Part shown: in pieces, positions 35,320 through 46,750 of the stretch
How positions within the stretch are numbered: position 1 is the first letter of the stretch
Layout of the letters: each line of letters opens with the position of its first letter
Translations under genes and position numbers: made by a program
DNA from: Eledone cirrhosa
Lineage: Eukaryota
Assembly: GCA_964016885.1 (NCBI GenBank)
Contig: OZ024743.1
Location: forward strand, 162,564,001-162,628,000
Direction: 5' to 3'
DNA: 64,000 nucleotides
Notes under the pieces: generated by a model
The model's input: the letters and a program-made list of their open reading frames with translations, nothing else
What the model was told of the DNA's origin: nothing
Database searches by the model: none

Positions 35320-38300
35320 TAACCAGACCATCACACTGACCATTGAGATAACCAGACCACCACTCTGACCATTTAGATTACCAGACCACCACACTTTCCA
35401 TTTAGATACCAAGACCACCACACTGTCCACTGAGATAACTAGACCACCACACTGTCCATTTAGATAACCAGACCACCACACTGTCCATCAGATGACCTGA
35501 CGACCACACTTTCCATTTAGATAACCAGACCACCACACTGACCATCTAGATAACCATACCACTACACTCTCCAATTAGATAACCAGACTATCACACTGTC
35601 CATTGAGATAACCAGACCACAACGTTTTCCATTGAGATAACCACACCACCACTGACCATTCAGATAACCAGACCACCACATTGACCATTTAGATAACCAG
35701 ACCACTACACTGACCATTTAGATAACCAGACCACCACACTTACCATTTAGATAACCAGCCCATCACACTGACCATTGAGATAACTAGACCACCAAACTGT
35801 CCATTGAGATAATCAGACCACCACACTGTCCATTTAGATAACCAAACCATCACACTGACCATTTAGATAACCAGACCACCACACTGTCCATCTAGATAAC
35901 CAGACCACCACACTGACCATTTAGATATCCAGACCACCACACTGACCATTTGCATAACCAGACCACCACACTGACCATTGAGATGACTAGACCACCACAC
36001 TGTCCATTGAGATAACCAGACCACCACACTGACCATTTAGATAACCAGACCACCACACTGACCATTTATATAACCAGACGACCAAACTCTCCATTTAGAT
36101 AACCAGACCATCACACTGACCATTTAGATAACCAGACCACCACACTGTCCATTGAGATAATCAGACCACCACACTGTCCATTTAGATAACCAGACCATCA
36201 CACTGACCATTTAGATAACCAGAACACCACACTGACCATTGAGATAACCAGACCACCATATTGACCATCTAGATAACCAGACAACCACACTGTCCATTGA
36301 GATTTCAAGACCACCACAATGTCCATTGCGATAACCAGACCACCATACTGATCATTTAGATAACCAGACCACCACTCTGTCCATCAGATAACCAGACGAC
36401 CACACTGACCATTTAGATAACCAGACCACCACACTGTCCATTTAGATAACCAGACCACCACAGTGACCATTGAGATGACCAGACAACCACACTGTCCATC
36501 AGATAACCAGACCACCACACTGTCCATTTAGATAACCTGACCACCACACTGTCCAATTAGATATCCAGACCACCACAATGACCAATTAGATAACCAGAAC
36601 ACCTCACTGTCCATTAAGATAACCAGACCACCACACTGACCATTGAGATTACTATACCACCACACTGACCATTTAGATAACCAAAGCAACACTCACCAAT
36701 TAGATAACCAGACCACCACACTGACCATTTAGATAACCAGATCACCACACTGACCATTGGAATTACAAGACCACCACACTGTCCATCAGATAACCAGACC
36801 ACGACACTGACCATTGAGATGACTAGACCACCACTCTGTCCAGCAGATAACCAGACCACCACACTGTCCATTTAGATAACCGGACCACCACTCTGTCCGT
36901 CATATAACCAGCCGACCACATGGACCATTTAGATAACCAGACCACCACACTGTCCATTTAGATAACAAGACTAACACACTGACCATTTAGATAACCAGAC
37001 CACCACACTGACCATTGAGATAACCAGACCACAAAACTGTCCATTGAGATAATCAGACCACCACACTGTCCATTTAGATAACCAGACCACCACACTGTCC
37101 ATTTAGATAACCATACCCCCACACTAACCATTGAGATAACCAGACCACCACACTATCCATCTAGATAACCAGACCACCACACTGACCATTTAGATAACCA
37201 GACCACCACACTGACCAATCAGATAACCAGACCATCACACTGACCATTGAGATAACCAGACCACCACACTGTCCATATAGATCACCAAACCGCCACACTG
37301 ACCAATTAGATAACCAGACCATCACACTGAACATTGAGATGACTAGACCACCACACTGTCCATTGAGATAACCAGACCACCACACTGTCCATATAGATCA
37401 CCAAACCGCCACACTGACCAATTAGATAAACAGACCATCACACTGACCATTGAGATGACTAGACCACCACACTGTCCATTGAGATAACCAGACCACCACA
37501 CTGACCATATAGATCACCAAACCGCCACACTGACCAATTAGATAACCAGACCGCCACACTGACCATTTAGATAACCAGACGACCATACTGACTATTTAGA
37601 TAACCACACCACCACACTGACCATTTATATAACCAGACGACCAAACTCTCCATTTAGATAACCAGACCACCACACTTTTCATTGAGATAACCAGACCACC
37701 ACACTGTCCATTGATATAATCAGACCACCATACTGTCCATTTAGATAACCAGACCATCACACTGACCATTTAGATAACCAGACCACCACACTGACCATTG
37801 AGATAACCAGACCATGACACTGACCATTGAGATAACCAAACCACGACACTGTCCATCTAGATAACCAGACAATCACACTGACCATTGAGATAACCAGACC
37901 ACCATATTGACCATCTAGATAACCAGACAACCACACTGTCCATTGAGATTCCAAGACCACCACAATGTACATTGCGATAACCAGACCACCACACTGACCA
38001 TTTTGATAACTAAACCAACACTCACCAATTAGATAACCAGACCACCACACTGACCATTTTGATAACTAAACCAACACTCACCAATTAGATAACCAGACCA
38101 CCACACTGACGATTTAGATAACCAGACCACCACACTGTCCATCAGATAACCAGACCACCACACTGACCATTTAGATAACCTGACCACCACACTGTCCATT
38201 TAGATAACCAGACCACCACACTGACCATTGAGATTACAAGACCACCACACTGTCCATTTAGATAACCAGACCACCACACCGTCCCTTTAGATAACCAGAC

Positions 38301-41300
38301 CACCACACTGACCATCTAGATAACCAGACCACCACACTGACCATCTAGATAACCAGACCAGCACACTGCCCATTGAGATAACCAGACCACCACACTGTCC
38401 ATTGAGATTACAAGACCACCACACTGTCCATTTAGATAACCAGACCACCACACTGTCCCTTTAGATAACCAGACCACCACACTGACCATCTAGATAACCA
38501 GACCAGCACACTGCTCATTGAGATAACCAGACCACGACACTGACAATTGAGATAACCAGATCACCACACTGACCATTGATATTACAAGACCACCACACTG
38601 TCCATTGATATAATCAGACCACCATACTGTCCATTTAGATAACCAGACCATCACACTGACCATTTAGATAACCAGACCACCACACTGACCATTGAGATAA
38701 CCAGACCATGACACTGACCATTGAGATAACCAAACCACGACACTGTCCATGTAGATAACCAAACAATCACACTGACCATTGAGATAACCAGACCACCATA
38801 TTGACCATCTAGATAACCAGACAACCACACTGTCCATTGAGATTCCAAGACCACCACAATGTACATTGCGATAACCAGACCACCACACTGACCATTTTGA
38901 TAACTAAACCAACACTCACCAATTAGATAACCAGACCACCACACTGACGATTTAGATAACCAGACCACCACACTGTCCATCAGATAACCAGACCACCACA
39001 CTGTCCATTTAGATAACCTGACCACCACACTGTCCATTTAGATAACCAGACCACCACACTGACCATTGAGATTACAAGACCACCACACTGTCCATTTAGA
39101 TAACCAGACCACCACACCGTCCCTTTAGATAACCAGACCACCACACTGACCATCTAGATAACCAGACCACCACACTGACCATCTAGATAACCAGACCAGC
39201 ACACTGCCCATTGAGATAACCAGACCATCACACTGACCATTGAGATAACCAGACCACCACTCTGACCATTTAGATTACCAGACCACCACACTTTCCATTT
39301 AGATACCAAGACCACCACACTGTCCACTGAGATAACCAGACCACCACACTGTCCATTTAGATAACCAGACCACCACACTGTCCATCAGATGACCTGACGA
39401 CCACACTTTCCATTTAGATAACCAGACCACCACACTGACCATCTAGATAACCATACCACTACACTCTCCAATTAGATAACCAGACCATCACACTGTCCAT
39501 TGAGATAACCAGACCACAACGTTTTCCATTGAGATAACCACACCACCACTGACCATTCAGATAACCAGACCACCACATTGACCATTTAGATAACCAGACC
39601 ACTACACTGACCATTTAGATAACCAGACCACCACACTTACCATTTAGATAACCAGCCCATCACACTGACCATTGAGATAACTAGACCACCAAACTGTCCA
39701 TTGAGATAATCAGACCACCACACTGTCCATTTAGATAACCAAACCATCACACTGACCATTTAGATAACCAGACCACCACACTGTCCATCTAGATAACCAG
39801 ACCACCACACTGACCATTTAGATATCCAGACCACCACACTGACCATTTGCATAACCAGACCACCACACTGACCATTGAGATGACTAGACCACCACACTGT
39901 CCATTGAGATAACCAGACCACCACACTGACCATTTAGATAACCAGACCACCACACTGACCATTTATATAACCAGACGACCAAACTCTCCATTTAGATAAC
40001 CAGACCATCACACTGACCATTTAGATAACCAGACCACCACACTGTCCATTGAGATAATCAGACCACCACACTGTCCATTTAGATAACCAGACCATCACAC
40101 TGACCATTTAGATAACCAGAACACCACACTGACCATTGAGATAACCAGACCACCATATTGACCATCTAGATAACCAGACAACCACACTGTCCATTGAGAT
40201 TTCAAGACCACCACAATGTCCATTGCGATAACCAGACCACCACACTGACCATTTAGATAACCAGACCACCACACTGTCCATTTAGATAACCAGACCACCA
40301 CAGTGACCATTGAGATGACCAGACAACCACACTGTCCATCAGATAACCAGACCACCACACTGTCCATTTAGATAACCTGACCACCACACTGTCCAATTAG
40401 ATATCCAGACCACCACAATGACCAATTAGATAACCAGAACACCTCACTGTCCATTAAGATAACCAGACCACCACACTGACCATTGAGATTACTATACCAC
40501 CACACTGACCATTTAGATAACCAAAGCAACACTTACCAATTAGATAACCAGCCCACCACACTGACCATTTAGATAACCAGATCACCACACTGTCCATTTA
40601 GATAACCAGACCACCACACTGACCATTTAGATAACCAGATCACCACACTGACCATTGGAATTACAAGACCACCACACTGTCCATCAGATAACCAGACCAC
40701 GACACTGACCATTTAGATAACCGGACCACCACTCTGTCCGTCATATAACCAGCCGACCACATGGACCATTTAGATAACGAGACCACCACACTGTCCATTT
40801 AGATAACAAGACTACCACATTGACCATTTAGATAACCAGACCACTACACTGACCATTTAGATAACAAGACTAACACACTGACCATTTAGATAACCAGACC
40901 ACCACACTGACCATTGAGATAACCAGACCACAAAACTGTCCATTGAGATAATCAGACCACCACACTGTCCATTTAGATAACCAGACCACCACACTGTCCA
41001 TTTAGATAACCAGACCCCCACACTAACCATTGAGATAACCAGACCACCACACTATCCATCTAGATAACTAGACCACCACACTGACCATTTAGATAACCAG
41101 ACCACCACACTGACCAATCAGATAACCAGACCATCACACTGACCATTGAGATAACCAGACCACCACACTGTCCATATAGATCACCAAACCGCCACACTGA
41201 CCAATTAGATAACCAGACCATCACACTGAACATTGAGATGACTAGACCACCACACTGTCCATTGAGATAACCAGACCACCTCACTGTCCATATAGATCAC

Positions 41301-42440
41301 CAAACCGCCACACTGACCAATTAGATAACCAGACCATCACACTGACCATTGAGATGACTAGACCACCACACTGTCCATTGAGATAACCAGACCACCACAC
41401 TGACCATATAGATCACCAAACCGCCACACTGACCAATTAGATAACCAGACCGCCACACTGACCATTTAGATAACCAGACGACCATACTGACTATTTAGAT
41501 AACCACACCACCACACTGACCATTTATATAACCAGACGACCAAACTCTCCATTTAGATAACCAGACCACCACACTTTTCATTGAGATAACCAGACCACCA
41601 CACTGTCCATTGATATAATCAGACCACCATACTGTCCATTTAGATAACCAGACCATCACACTGACCATTTAGATAACCAGACCACCACACTGACCATTGA
41701 GATAACCAGACCATGACACTGACCATTGAGATAACCAAACCACGACACTGTCCATCTAGATAACCAGACAATCACACTGACCATTGAGATAACCAGACCA
41801 CCATATTGACCATCTAGATAACCAGACAACCACACTGTCCATTGAGATTCCAAGACCACCACAATGTACATTGCGATAACCAGACCACCACACTGACCAT
41901 TTTGATAACTAAACCAACACTCACCAATTAGATAACCAGACCACCACACTGACGATTTAGATAACCAGACCACCACACTGTCCATCAGATAACCAGACCA
42001 CCACACTGTCCATTTAGATAACCTGACCACCACACTGTCCATTTAGATAACCAGACCACCACACTGACCATTGAGATTACAAGACCACCACACTGTCCAT
42101 TTAGATAACCAGACCACCACACCGTCCCTTTAGATAACCAGACCACCACACTGACCATCTAGATAACCAGACCACCACACTGACCATCTAGATAACCAGA
42201 CCAGCACACTGCCCATTGAGATAACCAGACCACCACACTGTCCATTGAGATTACAAGACCACCACACTGTCCATTTAGATAACCAGACCACCACACTGTC
42301 CCTTTAGATAACCAGACCACCACACTGACCATCTAGATAACCAGACCAGCACACTGCTCATTGAGATAACCAGACCACGACACTGACGATTGAGATAACC
42401 AGATCACCACACTGACCATTGATATTACAAGACCACCACA
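35320..42440. repeat. ~3.9-kb higher-order duplication near the array edge, with an internal ~0.9-kb duplication
   Basis: Offsets of 3,899 (37161/41060, 37757/41656) and 894 (37757/38651). Copies differ by whole-monomer indels and point changes. Confidence 0.85.
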
Positions 42441-43014
42441 CTGTCCATTGTCATAACCAGACCATGACATTGACCATTGAGATAACCAGATCACCACACT
42501 GACCATTGAGATTACAAGACCACCACACTGTCCACTAGATAACCAGACCATCACACTGTCCATTGAGATAACCAGACCACCACACTGTCCATTGAGATTA
42601 CAAGACCACCACACTGTCCACTATATAACCAGACCACCATAATGTCCATTGAGATAACCAGACCACCATAATGTCCATTGAGATAACCAGACTACCACAC
42701 TGTCCATTGAGATAACCAGACCACCATACTGTCCATTTAGATAACCAGACCACCACACTGAGCATTGAGATAACCAGACCACCACACTGACCATTGAGAT
42801 AACCAGACCACCATACTGCCCATTTAGATTACCAGATATACTACCACATTATACATTCATATAATCAACCAAAGTTTCATGTTATACATTCATTTAGCCA
42901 AACTATCAGGCCATACATTCAATGACCTGCCAATACACCAGATATGTAGATGATCACACAACCCATAGTAAACAAAGAATTAAAATATTCCATCCTCGAT
43001 AGAAAGTAACTTAC

Positions 43015-43087
43015 CAGTGTAAGTATTAGCATGGCAATAATGGCTCCAATGCGGGCCATTGTTGAACAAGCAGCTACACCGAGAGAC
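43015..43087 (-). CDS. SLC22-family transporter exon (TM11): SLGVAACSTMARIGAIIAMLILTL
   Basis: Acceptor tttcttgtAG, donor CTG|gtaagt; 73 bp; continues the frame from PTVVR. Confidence 0.93.
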
Positions 43088-43335
43088 CTACAAGAAAACA
43101 GACAAAAATATTTACAGATATATCTACTAGCATATTACCCATCAAAAATAACAGGTTTAGAGGAAAAAAATTGTATGTAAAGATGTTTAAATCCTCAATC
43201 ATCCTTAACCTCCTCCGTCCTGTCACTCCAGTTATTGTCGTATTTCATTTTCCATTGATTTAAATCAATTACAATAATTTTCTTCTATATTTTCTTATAA
43301 AACAAATATTATGATGACTTTGTTCTATTTATCCA

Positions 43336-43866
43336 GTTTGGGATTGGATTGAATGAGATGAGATAGAATGGGAGGAGAGGGGAGAAGATGGGGATGGGGG
43401 ATAGGAGGTGATGGGATGTGATAGGATAGGAGGAAATCAGATTAGGCAGACTGGACTAGACTGGACAGAACTGGACTAAATTTGACTGGATTAGACTGGA
43501 CTGGACTGGATTGAACTGGATGGAACTGGACTGAATTTGACTGGATTAGACTGGATTAGACTGCAATGGCTTGGATTGGACTGGACTGAATTGGACTAGA
43601 TGGAACTGGACTGAATTTAACTGGATTCGACTGGATTAGAATGGGCTAGACTGTATTGGACTGCACTGAATTGGATTATATTGGATTCGACTGGACTTGA
43701 TGACTGCATTGGACTGGGTTGGATTGGATTAGACTGGGCTAGACTGGATTGAATTGGACTGGGCTCGACTGGATTGGATTGGACTGGGCTGGACTGGATG
43801 ACTGGATTGGACAAGTCTGGACTGGATTAGAGTGGACTGGACTGGATTGAACTGGATTGGACTAGA
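43336..43866. repeat. Degenerate pentanucleotide microsatellite (GGACT/GGATT)n with a purine-rich GGGAT/GGAGA leader
   Basis: 5-bp periodicity, e.g. CTGGA CTGGA TTGAA CTGGA. Confidence 0.92.
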
Positions 43867-44244
43867 TAGCCTGATAGAAGGTATGTATGGCAAGAAAGGA
43901 TGACAAGTACGATGTCATGTGTGTATGACAAGTGTGATGGGATTTGACAAGATCAAGTGAGTTATACAAGAGGTGGGAGTGAACAAGGATAGACAGTAAT
44001 GATGAGAATAGCTACTAAAGAGCTATGACAAGTGTGGGATCTTTAACGTGGCAGAGGGGTGGGAAGGGAGTTATCTAAGATAGCGAAGGAGGTGGGGTTC
44101 AGTGATAAAGAGTAGTTACTAAAGAGCTATAGTGTAGGGTGTAGCGCCTGAACAGGTTAAGATAAACTGTCACACATATGATGTGTCAAATGATGCAACA
44201 GATGGGGAGGAGAGGGCTTAGCAGATAGTATAGCAGTAATGGAA

Positions 44245-44364
44245 GGACATCTTGTTTTTATAGGCAAGTCTTCTCAAGTACTGCATGTTGCCAGTCATCA
44301 TGGTCCTTTATCATCTCCATCATGAGGTTCAGCTTCCTAAGGTCAGCTTTCACTACTTCATTGT
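44245..44364 (-). mobile_element. Short 3'-end fragment of an RTE-clade LINE
   Basis: Reverse strand encodes EVVKADLRKLNLMMEMIKDHDDWQHAVLEKT, homologous to the end of the element at 60540-60635. Confidence 0.75.
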
Positions 44365-45089
44365 ATGTAATCTCATAAATCTAATTAACTCACTAAAATA
44401 GTAGCTTAGTTAAAACATATTAAAATATAAATAAGCAGACATTAATATATCAGTCCTAACGTACACATGTATTTCTAACAGCGGGATAAATCCTTCACAC
44501 ATGAAATATTTCTTGTTATTGTGAGAAATTTCATTTCAGTATTAAATATATCATACCCATTCCATAAGTTAACTTATTTTTCTCTCAATCTGAGTTCTTT
44601 CTAACTGACTGAATAAAACATTTTAGTTCATATACTTTATGTATATTTTAAACTATTTTCAGTTTGAGTGTTTGTCTGTGTAATGCCACTGATGAAGGCT
44701 GTAGTGAATACTTTTGGCTTAGCCAATATGCTAAATTTTATGCTTGCCTATATATATAATAATTTAGGTCACTCCTGAGCACTACTGGTAACATGTAACC
44801 CATTACAGCCTGTTGCATTGTCAGCAACTAAACCAGCAACCCCACCAAACTTGCTTGGTGGGGAGAGTGATTATTGGATATCTAGTGGGACTAAAAGCAA
44901 AAGCCGTCAAAGGACGGAGGACTACATGTGAGTCAACAGCCGTTCATTTGTATGTACATTTGCGTGTGTGTGTGTATGAAATTGTAAAGAAAATATCCTT
45001 TTATCTTTTTAGCTTTTGAACTGTATTATTATATCATATTATCACTTTATTATACATCATTAATTTATTTTATAACTCTGATATAATAC

Positions 45090-46160
45090 TATCCAATGGC
45101 TCCCCAGGTTGCAGATAGGGGAACTCCCTCTAGATATAGAGGGTAACTGTGAATATATAGAATAAGCAGTGCCAGACAAAACATAGGTTTCGCTTTGGCA
45201 AGACATGGTACCTGCTAGCCAGCCCAATCAAGGTCATGGTATCTCATAAGAGTAAACCTTTAAATCCTAGTATTGGGAACAGGACACAAGAAGTAAATGT
45301 GGTGGTTATTGACAAATAAAAATTCCAATACCTTCACATATATCAATGTCAGAAGGTGACAGACACAGTCGACTACAATGGCATTGTTACTGCAATGACA
45401 TTCAGGAGTTGCAACCAATTGTCATTACAATAGCAAACAGAAAAACAACAATGATAAATAACACACAAAATGAAAACACATTCCACACCGCCCATTATGC
45501 AGGTGAAAAGGGGGCACAACACACAGTGGAAGACCAGGCTGTAGTGATCAAAATGTCTGTTATACGAAAACTTAAACTGAAACAACCGACTTTATTAAAT
45601 GTAAAAAACTGCTCATAGTTTCCACCTTTAATATCAATACTCTAAATTCCAAAATGAAAATGAGTGAATTGACATCAAATGCAGAAAAGCAATGCTATTT
45701 GGAAATCAAACCTGATTAAATTATTTCGATCAAAAGTTGAAAATGTGCTTGTGTATGGAGCACAGAGCTGGACACTCACAAAAGAGATGGAAAGCTGGTT
45801 AGATGGCACATATACAAGACTACTGAGGAAAGTGCAAAATGTTTCTTGGGGTAGCACAGAACAAATGAGTTTCTATTTGCGACCTATTATAGACATCCTA
45901 AAGGCTAGAAGACTCAGTTTCATAGATCATGTAGGGCAAAGAGATCATGCAGAGGCATTACACCAGTTACTGTTATGACAATATACACATGGTAGAAGAA
46001 CAAGAGGTTTGCCTCATGATATGTTTCTGGAGCAGGTTTGTAAAAATACAAATCTTAGAAAAAATGAACTTGCAGAAGCCATGCTGGATAGGGACAAGTG
46101 GGAAAGTATAATTATCAAAGTTGTCCAAGGAAATTCCACATAATGATGATGATGATGATG
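45090..46160 (+). mobile_element. Internally deleted (bipartite) RTE-clade LINE: 5'UTR, APE N-terminus, ORF C-terminus and (GAT)n tail
   Basis: IVSTFNINTL...SELTSNAEK (APE start, ~45615-45690) abuts AIWKSNL...VLVYGAQSWTLTK...RRLSFIDH (post-RT region). (GAT)n tail at 46142-46160. CTGATAT flanks both ends (45078, 46161). Confidence 0.8.
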
Positions 46161-46464
46161 CTGATATTTAATATACCAATAATCTGATCTAGATAATTTT
46201 TTGCCTTGCTCATTGGGTTCTTTATAAATCCCTTATACACAAAATATTTCTTGGTATTGAGAAATTTCATTTCAAAGTGTGTGTGTCTAAATCAGTACTC
46301 TAGCTGAGTTACCAACCTCTCAGATGAGCCAGGAGGTCCCCGTTTGGCTTACATAGGTTCCTGCATTCTACTGAGTACTCAGACAAGCCTGGGGTCTGCA
46401 TCATGCTTACATATGTCCCCATGCTCTACTGGGAGCATTTTATCATGGTACAAGCACTAAGAAG

Positions 46465-46750
46465 CACAGAGCTGGTTTGATTTGCAACTTTTTTAATGGC
46501 TGAATACCCATCTTATTACTATCTACTTTACAGGGTGTATTGGGTGCATTTACCAACACTAAATAGATTGTTATATCTTTGACATATCTGACGATTTCTC
46601 CCAATTCTTTGTTTGGCAGGTTTTCTATGGCTTGATTCCCTTCCTATCACCAACAACTTTACAGAGTGTACTGAATGCATTTATCATGTAAATCAGCAAC
46701 ACTAGAGAGGTTGTTGTACCATTGACACAACTGAAGAGCCCTCTCAACCA
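46465..46750 (-). mobile_element. Two tandem decayed copies of an RTE-5'UTR-related SINE segment
   Basis: Repeated (TGGCT)..CCCTTCCTA..CAAC.ACTTTACAGAGTGTACTG..TGCATTTA motif, also present at 49865-49940 and 53870-53960. Confidence 0.6.

Larger units (their letters stand above)
1..42836. repeat. 29-bp satellite array, consensus ACTGTCCATTTAGATAACCAGACCACCAC, ~1,480 monomers, open at the left edge
   Basis: Continuous head-to-tail repetition from base 1 to ...CATTTAGATTACCAGA at ~42836. Occasional 27/28/30-bp variant monomers occur. No unique spacers or foreign insertions were seen. Confidence 0.99.

Noticed and set aside
444-42614. About 85 W/V/S/G-rich minus-strand ORFs as a repetitive protein family
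   Set aside because: They are the 87-nt translation cycle of a 29-bp unit (not a multiple of 3). The consensus has a stop each cycle and monomer indels shift frame freely.
1-42836. CRISPR array
   Set aside because: The 29-bp units are contiguous with no unique spacers, there are no cas genes, and the context is a spliceosomal intron/exon gene.
1-42836. Telomeric repeat
   Set aside because: C-rich skew is present but there are no TTAGGG/CCCTAA-type units, and the array abuts a gene interior.
43617-43814. S/P/Q-rich ORF
   Set aside because: Translation of the pentanucleotide microsatellite.
44685-44735. Second hammerhead (CTGATGA-AGGCT...AGCC) on the plus strand
   Set aside because: The GAAA box is replaced by AATA and no convincing stems I/III were found; at most a dead relic.
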